A DNA stretch of 64,000 bases, taken from assembly GCA_035529075.1 (NCBI GenBank), contig DATKXK010000005.1:68981-132980 (forward strand), read 5' to 3'. This document shows, piece after piece, positions 18,081 through 27,711 of this stretch. The stretch is from Acidobacteriota bacterium. GTDB lineage: Bacteria > Zixibacteria > MSB-5A5 > GN15 > FEB-12. A model generated the notes under the pieces. The model was not told where the DNA came from and did no database searches. It saw nothing but the letters and a program-made list of their open reading frames with translations. The translations under genes and the position numbers were made by a program. The stretch's first letter is position 1. Every line of letters starts with the position of its first letter.

Positions 18081-19877
18081 TCACGGGCCGTAATGAAGGA
18101 CTGTCTGATTTGCACCCACCACGAACACGTCGCGATCGGAACTGCTCCAGACGGCGAAAAACCGCGGCTCATTCGTCAAGTCCTGGCTCCAACTCAGGCT
18201 TATAGCCCAGGCCGTGCCGTTGTAGTGAAGGATGGTGCCGTAATAACCTACCGCAAACAGGTCACTTGCCGAACTGCCCCAGACACCGTAAAGCGGGACC
18301 GGGACGAGAATCCCGCTGGTCATGGTAGACCAGGTCGTGCCGTTGTAGTGAATAATAGTGCCGAGATCACCCACCGCATACACATCGCTGGAGGAACTGC
18401 CCCAGATGGCGTAAAGCACGTTCCCGCCACTGTAACTGGTAGCCCAGGTCGTGCCGTTGTAATGTACAATTACGCCTTCTGCGCTTACCGCAAACACATC
18501 ACTTCCGGAACTGCCCCAGATGCCCCTATAGTGTGCAGTCCCGGTGTTCATGATAACCCACTCCGTGCCGTCATAATGATGGATAATGCCCCCGTCGCCC
18601 ACTGCAAACACGTCGCTTGAGGAACTGCCCCAGACGGCGTAAAGCGGCACCGTATTCGGGCTGATCATTTTAGACCAGGTCGTGCCGTTGTAGTGAATAA
18701 TAGTGCCGTCTAAACCCACCGCAAACACATCACTTCCGGAACTGCCCCAGATGCCCCGAAGGGGTACGGTAGTCCCGCTGGTCATGTCAGTCCAGGCCGT
18801 ACCGTTATAATGAGGTATACGGCCCTGGTCGCCCACTGCAAATACGTCGTTTGAGGCACTGCCCCAGATGGCGTGAAGCTGTGGGAGCGGCTCGCCGGTC
18901 AGGCTGATCATGTCGGCCCAGGCCTTACCATCGTAGTGAAAGATTGCGACACCGATACCCACGACAAACACGTCGCTGGAGGAGCTGCCCCAGATGGCGT
19001 GAAGTGGTGCATCGTTCGGGCTGGTCATGGTACCCCAGGTCGTGCCGTCGTAGCGAATAACGGTGCCGTTATCACCCACCGCAAACACATCGTTTGAGGA
19101 ACCGCCCCAGATGCCCTTAAGGTTGTAGTCATTCGCGCTGGTCATGGTAGACCAGGTCGCGCCGTCATAATGAAGGATAGTGGGCCCGTCGCCCACTGCA
19201 AACACGTCGTTTGAGGAACTGCCCCAGATGCCCTTAAGGCTAAAGCTAGTCCCGCTGTTCATGGCAGCCCACTCCGTACCGTCGTAATGGAGAATCTCGC
19301 CCCCGTCGCCCACTGCAAATACGTCGTTTGAGGCACTGCCCCAGATGCCCTTAAGGTTATGGTCAGACTCGTTGATCGAGGTAGCCCAGGTCGCGCCGTT
19401 GTAATGTAGGATTGCGCCTTGATCACCCACCGCAAACACATCACTTCCGGAACTGCCCCAGATGCCCTTAAGGTCGTGGTTATTCGTGCTGGTCATGAAA
19501 CCCCAGGTGGCACCGTCGTAATAAAGAATTGTGCCTCCGCCATCGCCCACCACAAACACGTCGTTTGAGGAACTGCCCCAGACACCGTGAAGCTGCGTCT
19601 GATTCCCGTCGTCCATCGGGCTCCACACCTTGCCGTCATAGTGAAGGATATTGCCACCCGCGGTGACGGCAAACACATCGCTTGAGGAACTGCCCCAGAC
19701 GCCCTCAAACTGGTCACTGTAGCTCATCACGGACCATTTGGAGCTACCCACGGGCTTTGGTCCTGGTGGTTGGGTCGGCGACGACTCGTCATCGCCGCAG
19801 CCGAGGCCGCCCAGCACGAGCGCGGCCAGCACGAATCCGGCCAGAAGCCGGTGAACAACATTTCCTGACATTTTCAA
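18081..19877 (-). CDS. Probable lipoprotein made of 14 tandem ~40-aa repeats (beta-propeller-like)
   Basis: N-terminus LAALVLGGLGCGDD. It is followed by 14 units of consensus G(I/V)WGSSxxDVFAVGdxGtIlHYnGttWxxMxSxxxxxL. Confidence 0.8.
   Translation of the reverse strand: MKMSGNVVHRLLAGFVLAALVLGGLGCGDDESSPTQPPGPKPVGSSKWSVMSYSDQFEGVWGSSSSDVFAVTAGGNILHYDGKVWSPMDDGNQTQLHGVWGSSSNDVFVVGDGGGTILYYDGATWGFMTSTNNHDLKGIWGSSGSDVFAVGDQGAILHYNGATWATSINESDHNLKGIWGSASNDVFAVGDGGEILHYDGTEWAAMNSGTSFSLKGIWGSSSNDVFAVGDGPTILHYDGATWSTMTSANDYNLKGIWGGSSNDVFAVGDNGTVIRYDGTTWGTMTSPNDAPLHAIWGSSSSDVFVVGIGVAIFHYDGKAWADMISLTGEPLPQLHAIWGSASNDVFAVGDQGRIPHYNGTAWTDMTSGTTVPLRGIWGSSGSDVFAVGLDGTIIHYNGTTWSKMISPNTVPLYAVWGSSSSDVFAVGDGGIIHHYDGTEWVIMNTGTAHYRGIWGSSGSDVFAVSAEGVIVHYNGTTWATSYSGGNVLYAIWGSSSSDVYAVGDLGTIIHYNGTTWSTMTSGILVPVPLYGVWGSSASDLFAVGYYGTILHYNGTAWAISLSWSQDLTNEPRFFAVWSSSDRDVFVVGANQTVLHYGP
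18084..19700 (-). repeat. Tandem coding repeat, ~117-123 bp period, 14 copies
   Basis: The plus-strand core ccgcaaacac(a/g)tc(a/g)ct...ctgccccaga(t/c)g recurs throughout and corresponds to the WGSSxxDVFAVG blades. Confidence 0.8.
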
Positions 19878-20145
19878 ATCCTCCTGTCTGCCAGAGTATT
19901 ATTCTGCCTTAAGTATTTCTGTACGGAACGATGGTGTCGTGGACGGCCAACTTTCCTGTGATGCACGCTAATATATTGAGCCGTGGCCTCTTGTTCTGGC
20001 AAATATGCTCAGGACGATCGCTGCCGTCAAGTGAATTCCGTCAGGCTCGGGCTATCCGGCCGGGAAGCGGAATCCTGACATACACCGCCACCGACTGGGT
20101 GCAAACGGGGCAGAGTGTAAGGAATGTACTCCTGTGCCTGCTTTT

Positions 20146-23100
20146 TTATGGCTCGCTCTGCCGGCCGTTCCTGTCGCGCAGGTATCTGATCATCGGTTCC
20201 GCGACCAGCGGGACCACGTCGCGGATCATGTGCGGCATCAGGGTGTCCATCACGCGGGGCATGAGTTCCGGCATCTGCTCTGCCATGTAATCCGGCATAG
20301 GGATGCGGTCCGCTACGCGCTGCAGCATGACCGGCATGACTTTGGGCATCATCATAGGCAGCAGTCGTGGAAACAGCACCGGGAACATTGGTTTCATGAG
20401 CCGGAGAAGGCCCGGCACCCGGCCGGCCAGTTTCATGAAAGGCCCCATCCTAAACGGCATGGCATCAATCAGTTCCGGCCACATAGTGCCCATGAGATCA
20501 GCGAACCCGCGTGGCGTCATGAGCGCGATCATAGCTTCGAATACCGCCCATTGCCGCCGCACTTCCGGGTGCGGATCGGGAAGCTCGAACCCGAGCGCGT
20601 CGCACGCAAAGTGCGCCAGGTCCCTGACCTCGATGGGCATGCGGTTCTTCTCGGCCGACACCCTGAGCTGGAATTCGCAGCACGGGCAGAGAGCCAGGAC
20701 GGTCGAGGCGCCGGCCTCCTGGGCCTCCTCGAGACGGATTCTGCCGACTTCGGCCGCGACCGGCGGCTCTTTGATAAGCGTCAGGACACTGCCGCAGCAG
20801 TGCGCCCGTTCACGGTTATGGCTCATCTCCACGAGTTTGACGTTCGGCACGGCCCTGACGATATCACGCGGCGGCTCGTACACGCCCGAGGCACGACCGA
20901 TGTGGCACGAATCATGCCAGGCGACAGTTATCGGTTGATGATCGTTGTCCGGGAACGAAAACTCGCCGGTCTTCAGCCTGTCCGCCACCAGTTCGGTGTA
21001 GTGGGTAATCTTCAGATCGTAGGCAAGACCCAGCTTCCTTGCCCAGACGGGGTAGACGTGGCGCCACATCATGTCGCAGGCCGGACAGGACGCGACTACC
21101 GTGTCGGCTCCCGCCTGCCTGACGGCCTCGATGTTGTGGCGCATGGTGGCTTCAAAGACGTCCCACTTGCCGGCCACGAGCATCGGCGTGCCGCAACAGT
21201 TCTCCGTCTCGCCCAGGTAAGTGAAGTCGACTCCCGCCGCATCGAGCAACCGCACGGTGCCGATGCCGATATCTTTCTCCACGTAGCTGGCCGTGCAACC
21301 GGCGAAGTAGACAATCCCAGCCTGATGGTCCGGGCCGTGCCGCTTCCGGAGATCATCGGGAAACCAGTCGGTGCGGTTTTTCCGGTAAGCGGCCCAGATG
21401 TCGCCTTCCTTGCGAAGCGCGGCGGCCATCATCTCGAAGGGTGGAAAAGTCATTTTGTTTTCTTCGGCGATCAACTGGCCGCGCATTTTCATCCAGGAAG
21501 GCTCGATAGGCAGGGCGGCCGAGCAACGGAGGTCGCAGAGTTCGCAGGTAGTGCACGCGATGAAGGTGTCGGTCATGAACTGATCCCATTGTTCGCGGCC
21601 TTCCATGTACTCGCGTAACCAGAACCATTTTCCGCGAGGTGACTGGCTTTCCCAGCCTCGACCGTAGTACTGATCGCACTCGGCCACACAATAGCCGCAT
21701 TGCGAACAACCGTACGCGTACCAGGCAATGTCCGCGGGGATGTTCCGTATCGGGCTTGTCGGTTGTTCTCCGACCTGGGTAATCACGTAGTTGCCAAGGG
21801 GCCTCATCAGAGGCTCGAAGAATTCAGCGACCTGCAGGGCCGCACCGACCAGGTGCCCGCCCAGCACTTTGCCGGGGTTCAGGATTTTCCTTGCGTCCGT
21901 CCGCGACTTGAACGCCCGCAGACGTTTGAGCCTCTCACGGCCCAGCACCTCGGGGGCCTTGCCGCCGAAGTACAGGCCGGTCGAGTAGGGACGCCCGCCG
22001 TGACGCTCGGCGATTTTCATGATCGTCATGACCAGGGTGAAAACGAAATTGTACTTAAACGAGCGTTGATCGCTGGGAATGAACCCGAGTATGACCACCT
22101 CCGGCTGCCCGTCGCGGCCCTCCCGAATGACGACACCCTCCTTGATGATCGGCTGGTCGACCTTTCGTTCAATCTCGGTCATGACGTCGCCGAGCGATGA
22201 CAGGGGAATCACGAACTCCGACGGCACCAGGCTCGGTCCGAGTCGCTTGACGACCATGAGCTTGGACCGGTGGTTCCATTCGTGGTTGGCGATTCTGTCA
22301 CTGAGTATCTCCGCCTCGCCCGGTGCCGGCATGGATCGAAGCTTCTCCCGCACCGACCGGCCCTCTCCGGCCCGGCAGGCCAGTGTCAGGATGTACGCCG
22401 CCGGCAAAAGGACGCGCTCTTCGACCGGATGACCGTTATGCTGCAGCAGCGGAGCCCGGTTCTTTAGTTCCGCCATGCGAGGGTTGATGAAGACCAGTGA
22501 CCAGATCGGGAGTTTTTCAGCCGCTATGGACTGGATCAATCGTTGCAGACCGTGCGCGTCGGGGCAGCCGACGGCCATAACATCCAGTGCCTCCAGCGGC
22601 TGCACACGGAAGGTCAGTTGGCTTATGAGGCCGGTGACGCCCTCGGCGTCGGCAATGAGGTCAAGATCATCACCGGCGAATTGAGCAATCGTGCCGTCAC
22701 CAAGGACGACGCGCGCACTGAGAACGTTCTGCCGAAACCACCCGGCTTCATATGAACCGATACCGGCGCCACCCTGGGCGAGCCAGCCGCCGACGGTCGA
22801 CCCCGGATAGCTGGTGGGATACAGGCGAAGGGTCAGGTTCTTCTTTGCCAGGGCGCGATCGATTTTTTCCCAGACGACCCCGGCCTCGACGGTGGCCGTC
22901 AGGTTTTCCGGATCAATGGCAATCACCCGGTCCAGGCGGTGAAAGTCGACCACGACTCCGTTACGGACCGGCAGGACGCCGCCGTATCCGGAGGAGGCTT
23001 TGCCACGCGGGGTTATCGCCACACCACGGCCGGCCGCCCACTGAACCAGCTCGAGAAGCTCCTGCTCCGACTCCGGCTGGACCACGCAGTCCGGCACGGT

Positions 23101-23271
23101 GTCGCCGACCAGCGGTCTTACCAGGCTGGGAATCGCGGCGATGTCATGGCTGTAAAGCTTCCTCTCCGTGCGTCTGAAAGCGGCCCGACTGCCGAATCGT
23201 CCGGTAAGCCAGGCACGGTCTTTTGTGGTCATACGGCTCACGATGTCTGTTCCTGCCTTCCTCGATTGCAC
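20146..23271 (-). CDS. FAD-linked oxidase fused to Fe-S/CCG (GlcF/HdrD-like) domains, YdiJ-like, with a Met-rich C-terminal extension
   Basis: FAD_binding_4-like N-terminus (ITPRGKASSGYGG, STVGGWLAQGGAGIGS). Ferredoxin-type CSQCGYCVAEC and CTTCELCDLRC. Two CCG-type Cys-rich domains (ENCCGTP, HCCGS). The last ~137 aa are Met/Pro-rich. Confidence 0.88.
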   Translation of the reverse strand: MQSRKAGTDIVSRMTTKDRAWLTGRFGSRAAFRRTERKLYSHDIAAIPSLVRPLVGDTVPDCVVQPESEQELLELVQWAAGRGVAITPRGKASSGYGGVLPVRNGVVVDFHRLDRVIAIDPENLTATVEAGVVWEKIDRALAKKNLTLRLYPTSYPGSTVGGWLAQGGAGIGSYEAGWFRQNVLSARVVLGDGTIAQFAGDDLDLIADAEGVTGLISQLTFRVQPLEALDVMAVGCPDAHGLQRLIQSIAAEKLPIWSLVFINPRMAELKNRAPLLQHNGHPVEERVLLPAAYILTLACRAGEGRSVREKLRSMPAPGEAEILSDRIANHEWNHRSKLMVVKRLGPSLVPSEFVIPLSSLGDVMTEIERKVDQPIIKEGVVIREGRDGQPEVVILGFIPSDQRSFKYNFVFTLVMTIMKIAERHGGRPYSTGLYFGGKAPEVLGRERLKRLRAFKSRTDARKILNPGKVLGGHLVGAALQVAEFFEPLMRPLGNYVITQVGEQPTSPIRNIPADIAWYAYGCSQCGYCVAECDQYYGRGWESQSPRGKWFWLREYMEGREQWDQFMTDTFIACTTCELCDLRCSAALPIEPSWMKMRGQLIAEENKMTFPPFEMMAAALRKEGDIWAAYRKNRTDWFPDDLRKRHGPDHQAGIVYFAGCTASYVEKDIGIGTVRLLDAAGVDFTYLGETENCCGTPMLVAGKWDVFEATMRHNIEAVRQAGADTVVASCPACDMMWRHVYPVWARKLGLAYDLKITHYTELVADRLKTGEFSFPDNDHQPITVAWHDSCHIGRASGVYEPPRDIVRAVPNVKLVEMSHNRERAHCCGSVLTLIKEPPVAAEVGRIRLEEAQEAGASTVLALCPCCEFQLRVSAEKNRMPIEVRDLAHFACDALGFELPDPHPEVRRQWAVFEAMIALMTPRGFADLMGTMWPELIDAMPFRMGPFMKLAGRVPGLLRLMKPMFPVLFPRLLPMMMPKVMPVMLQRVADRIPMPDYMAEQMPELMPRVMDTLMPHMIRDVVPLVAEPMIRYLRDRNGRQSEP

Positions 23272-23473
23272 GCCGTCGGGCTGTCCATGTCAGACAACAT
23301 ACGGAATTACCGGCGATAGTGTCAACTAACCATCCTCGAATCCCTGCCTGAAGAACACAATCACGGAAGATGACAGTCCCATCCGGATCAGGGATTCCGG
23401 CCTTGCGACGAAACAACTTTGGGCTTAGCTTCACGTATCCAGGAAGGAAACGGGAGAAGCCGGGAGGGTTACG

Positions 23474-24550
23474 ATGAACAGGGCGACGACGATAAGGACA
23501 CTCATCTCAGCCGTTGTAGCGCTCGGTATTACGACAGCAGGCGTTTGCGGGCAGGATTCGTCACTTCAGAGGATTGACCAGTATCTCGAGGAAAAGCAGC
23601 AGTCAGATGATTTTTCGGGCAACGTCCTGATCGCGAAGGGCGGGGAGGTCATGTATGTCAGGTCGTTCGGCCTGGCCGACAGAGACCATGGTGTTGCCAA
23701 CAAACCGGAAACCAGGTTCAACGTCGGCTCCATAGGCAAACTGTTTACATCGATCGCCATACTCCAACTGGCCCAGGCCGGCAGCCTCGAACTGACTGAT
23801 CCCATCGGCAAGTACCTGCCGGAGTTTCCCGAAGACAAGAAGGCAATCACCATCCACCAGCTCCTGCTGCACACGTCCGGTCTGTCCAGTTACATGACGA
23901 ATTCCGATTATTCGGAAAGGAAACAGACGTATCGTTCGATAGACGACGTTCTGGTCCTGGTCAGAGACGAGGTTCTCCTGTTTGCGCCGGGGGAAGGGAA
24001 TGAGTATTCCAATTCCGGTTACATCGTCCTCGGGGCGATCATCGAACGAGTGTCCGGCCGGGAGTATAGTGCGTACGTGCACGAAAACGTATGGCAGCCG
24101 GCGGGGATGTCGAATACGGGCCTGTATTACAGAGAAGATGTCGTCCCGAACAGAGCTACCGGCTACATCAGGGTCGATTCCGGTACCGTGATCAGCAACG
24201 TCTTTGAGGAACCGCCCGCGTTTTCGGACGGCGGGGCGTACAGCACGGTTGGGGACATGTTGAGGTTCGTCCTGGCGTTGCAGGACGATACGCTCCTGAA
24301 CGAGGAATTCCGTAAACTCTGGCTTACGCCTCAAGTCGGTCCCATGACTTACGGGCCCGCAACCGCTTCTGCCGAGAGAAGTTTCAGCGGTAAAGCAGTC
24401 TGGGGCGGCATGGGCGGTGCGCCCGGAGTCAGTGCCGCTCTGCATCACGTAACAGGCGATGAGTATACGATCATTGTGCTGTCCAACCAGGACATGGTGG
24501 CTTTGAGAATGCCGATAGATATCGAAGCAATCCTGTATGGAAAACGATAG
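23474..24550 (+). CDS. Serine hydrolase, class C beta-lactamase/PBP-like family
   Basis: Signal peptide. S-x-x-K in FNVGSIGKLFTS, Y-x-N in EYSNSGY, LLLHTSGL. Confidence 0.9.
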   Translation: MNRATTIRTLISAVVALGITTAGVCGQDSSLQRIDQYLEEKQQSDDFSGNVLIAKGGEVMYVRSFGLADRDHGVANKPETRFNVGSIGKLFTSIAILQLAQAGSLELTDPIGKYLPEFPEDKKAITIHQLLLHTSGLSSYMTNSDYSERKQTYRSIDDVLVLVRDEVLLFAPGEGNEYSNSGYIVLGAIIERVSGREYSAYVHENVWQPAGMSNTGLYYREDVVPNRATGYIRVDSGTVISNVFEEPPAFSDGGAYSTVGDMLRFVLALQDDTLLNEEFRKLWLTPQVGPMTYGPATASAERSFSGKAVWGGMGGAPGVSAALHHVTGDEYTIIVLSNQDMVALRMPIDIEAILYGKR

Positions 24551-24576
24551 GCGGACATACTCACAGGTGCTCCATC

Positions 24577-25305
24577 ATGAAGCAGACATATGACGGCGTC
24601 ATCCGGACACTCAGGCGGGAAATCGCACGGCATGACAAGCCGGAGAACAGACTGGACTACCAGCGCTTCTTCAAGGAACCGCTGGACGAACCGACGGGTC
24701 TCAAGATCCCGGTTCTCAGGAAGATCTCCAGCCAGTGCTTCAAGGAACTGAAAGGCGCTCCGGCAAAGGACGTCCTGGCGTGTTGTGACGACCTGCTGGC
24801 CTCCGACGAACGGTACATGAGGTTCTTCGCGTTCGAGTGGGCTTTGAAGCTCAGAAACCAGTACAGGCCGCAGGATTTCACACGTTTTGAATCCTGGCTG
24901 AAACGATACGTGAATAACTGGGGGACGTGCGACCACTTTTGCTGCGGCCCAGTGGGGCACCTTGTGTTCCAGTTCCCGGAACTGGCCTCAAAGACGTATC
25001 GCTGGGCGCGGTCGCGGGACCGGTGGCGGCGTCGGGCCGCGGCGGTGAGCCTCATCGTGCCCGTGCGGAAGCGTCTGCTGCTGGACGAAGTTTTCCGGAC
25101 TGCGGATGCGCTGCTGATCGACCGGGACGACATGGTGCAGAAGGGATACGGCTGGATGCTCAAGGAGGCCAGCAACGTCTTTCCGGACGAGATTTTCGCG
25201 TACGTGATGAAACACCGCAGCCGGATGCCGAGAACGGCGCTGCGGTACGCCATTGAGAAACTGCCGCCCGCGAAACGAAAACAGGCCATGAAGAAAGATT
25301 TCTAA
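24577..25305 (+). CDS. DNA alkylation repair protein (AlkD/HEAT-repeat-like family)
   Basis: YQRFFKEP, GLKIPVLRKI, NNWGTCDHF, WARSRDRWRRRAAAV, KGYGWMLKEAS. Confidence 0.8.
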   Translation: MKQTYDGVIRTLRREIARHDKPENRLDYQRFFKEPLDEPTGLKIPVLRKISSQCFKELKGAPAKDVLACCDDLLASDERYMRFFAFEWALKLRNQYRPQDFTRFESWLKRYVNNWGTCDHFCCGPVGHLVFQFPELASKTYRWARSRDRWRRRAAAVSLIVPVRKRLLLDEVFRTADALLIDRDDMVQKGYGWMLKEASNVFPDEIFAYVMKHRSRMPRTALRYAIEKLPPAKRKQAMKKDF

Positions 25306-25345
25306 GTTCTCGCCCGGTGGCTCTTCCGCGCGTGTATCAGGCGGC

Positions 25346-26182
25346 TTGACTGAATATATGAATGAATCCTGGTTCCGAATCGGCGATGAGTATTTGTATT
25401 TCAGGCATAATACTCTGCGTCCGAAGAGACGGTCCCTGTTATTCGTGCACGGGTTGGGCGATTCGACGCTGAGCTTTCAGGACGTCTTCAGAGACAAACG
25501 ATTTGACGATTTCAATCTCGTTGTCCCGGATCTCATCGGTTACGGCAGGAGTTCGGGCGCCGGGAGCCTGCAGGGGTACAGCTATGATTCTCACGTGGCC
25601 CGGCTCTGGAAACTGATTGGCGAGACGGGCCTGAGTGAGCTGACCGTCATCGGTCACTCCATGGGGGGCGATCTGACCACTCTCCTGTGTGCATCGGACA
25701 CGGACGGGATTATAAGGAAATACGTCAGCGTTGAGGGTGACCTGACCCAGCACGACCTGACTATCTCCCGGGCGGCGGTAAGCGCGGACAGGCGGGGGAA
25801 ATTCAGAGACTGGTATGACGGGGATTTCCGGGAGAGAATGGTCTATGAGTCCCTTGGCCGTAATCGCTCAGGCCGGGTGTATTACGCGTCGCTGGCTTTC
25901 TGCCGCCCCGAGGCTTTTCTGGAGAACGCCCGGGAGCTTGTCAGGCGGAATACGTCGCTGCCGGGGAAATACAAGAGCGAGATCGGTGAAATCTACCGTT
26001 CTCTCGGCCTGCCCAGGGTCTTCTGCTACGGGACTGAGAGTCTCTCCCCCCGGACGCTCTCGTTCCTGAAGGAAAACGGTCTGGATGTCAGGGCTTTCGA
26101 GGGGGTAGGTCACTGCCCCATGACCGACAGCGCGGCCGAGTTCTACGAGTTCCTGCATCATTTCGTGACAGGCGGGGATTAG
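25346..26182 (+). CDS. Alpha/beta-fold hydrolase
   Basis: LLFVHGLGDS and nucleophile elbow GHSMGG; C-terminal GVGHCPM. The track start is TTG at 25346; the ATG at 25358 is an equally plausible start. Confidence 0.85.
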   Translation: MTEYMNESWFRIGDEYLYFRHNTLRPKRRSLLFVHGLGDSTLSFQDVFRDKRFDDFNLVVPDLIGYGRSSGAGSLQGYSYDSHVARLWKLIGETGLSELTVIGHSMGGDLTTLLCASDTDGIIRKYVSVEGDLTQHDLTISRAAVSADRRGKFRDWYDGDFRERMVYESLGRNRSGRVYYASLAFCRPEAFLENARELVRRNTSLPGKYKSEIGEIYRSLGLPRVFCYGTESLSPRTLSFLKENGLDVRAFEGVGHCPMTDSAAEFYEFLHHFVTGGD

Positions 26183-26418
26183 CAACAACTTGACCGGGGG
26201 GCTGCCAGGAAACAACGGGCAATCTGGCGGTTGAAAAACGTCTTTTTCGAACCGGTCCGTCGATTGCCGCACTCCAGGACAACCTTTTGGCCGCAGTTTC
26301 GTAGACAGTAAAGACCCGTTAGACTACTGAGATTCGTTATTGAATGCTGTATGCAGAGTCCCCCAACCTCGCCGCGAGAACTCCCGGATACAGATCAATG
26401 CACACAGGAGGCTATAGC

Positions 26419-27711
26419 ATGCGACCGATTCTGATCGCAGTCTGTTGGCTGCTGTTTCTGTCGTCCGCCGCCGTTTCGGCCGACTGGCAGATTACAAGGC
26501 TGGACAACGACCTGAAAGTAATGATCCTGGAGAACCACCAGGTTCCCCAGGTGAACATCTCGACCACGATCCAGGTGGGTGCCAAGAACGAGCGGGATTA
26601 TTTCGGCGGTGCCACGCATCTGCTGGAGCATCTCATTCTCTTTCGAGGTACCGAGGAAATGACCGGCGAAGAGGTCGGCGACGCAATGAAAAGGCACGGG
26701 GCCTATTTCAACGGTTATACGTCGTCGGACTGGACCAATTTCGTGATTTCTCTTCCCAGGGAGCACCTTGATTTCGCCCTGAATATCCACGCCGACATGC
26801 TCTTCCGGTCTGATTTCCCGGAGGCTGAGATAGACAAGGAACGTCAGGCCGTCCTCGAGGAGATAAACATATCCGAGGATAAACCTGTCAGCAAGGCGTA
26901 TCGGTCGTCGCTGAAGGCGCTTTACGGTGACCACCCCTACGGCAAGAGCGTGCTGGGAACGAAGGAGAGAGTGCGCAACATCCCGCGTGACTCGGTTTAC
27001 GCGTACTACAAGCGCTACTACGCTCCCAACAACATGACCATGGTCATTGTGGGCGACGTAGACGCCGAGCAGGCGCTCGAGCTGGTCCGGCAATACTTTG
27101 GCGGTTTCCCGAAAGGCTGGGCGACGCGAGACAACTACACCCCCCCGCCGGAGCGGGACAGGGTGACTGAAATCGAGATTACGAAGGACGTCAGCCAGGC
27201 ATACCTGATGATGTCGACCATCGGCCCGATGGCGGACAGTCCTGATCAGTACTCCCTGGGCATCCTGGGCACGCTTCTGGGTAACGGCGAGTCCAGCAGA
27301 CTGTGGAAAAGGCTCAAGGACGAGAAGGGCCTGGTCTATTCCATCGGTTTCTCGTTCTACACGTCCAAGTATGAAGGATCCATGTTTACTCTGGCCACGC
27401 TCGACCCGGCGAACATTGCCGCCGTTGAAACGGCCGTCAACGACGTGTTGGACGACGTTATAGCGAACGGTTTCACGCCCACCGAGTTGCGCAAGGCCAA
27501 GAACAAGATCAAGACCAGCCACTACGCTTCTCTGGAACGGGGGCTTGACCTTGCCGACAAGTACTCGGAGTACGATTCGTTCATCGGTTACCAGTTCGTG
27601 GAAAACTACCCTGACAACATCGAGAACGTCACGCTGGCCCAGTTAAACGCGGCGGCCCGCAAGTACCTCAACACCGACTCATACGTCAAGACTACGGTGG
27701 TGCCCAAATGA
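26419..27711 (+). CDS. M16 (pitrilysin/insulinase) family zinc peptidase, catalytic subunit
   Basis: Inverted zinc motif HxxEH in GATHLLEHLILF. Signal peptide MRPILIAVCWLLFLSSAAVSA. AGGAGG lies 6 nt before the ATG at 26419, so the track's upstream extension to 26344 is probably not translated. Confidence 0.9.
   Translation: MRPILIAVCWLLFLSSAAVSADWQITRLDNDLKVMILENHQVPQVNISTTIQVGAKNERDYFGGATHLLEHLILFRGTEEMTGEEVGDAMKRHGAYFNGYTSSDWTNFVISLPREHLDFALNIHADMLFRSDFPEAEIDKERQAVLEEINISEDKPVSKAYRSSLKALYGDHPYGKSVLGTKERVRNIPRDSVYAYYKRYYAPNNMTMVIVGDVDAEQALELVRQYFGGFPKGWATRDNYTPPPERDRVTEIEITKDVSQAYLMMSTIGPMADSPDQYSLGILGTLLGNGESSRLWKRLKDEKGLVYSIGFSFYTSKYEGSMFTLATLDPANIAAVETAVNDVLDDVIANGFTPTELRKAKNKIKTSHYASLERGLDLADKYSEYDSFIGYQFVENYPDNIENVTLAQLNAAARKYLNTDSYVKTTVVPK

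Noticed and set aside
18084-19700. Regular ~120-bp periodic repeats that could superficially suggest a CRISPR-like or satellite array
   Set aside because: The period is a multiple of 3 and the repeats are in one long ORF. They translate to a consistent blade motif, there are no unique spacers, and no cas genes are nearby.
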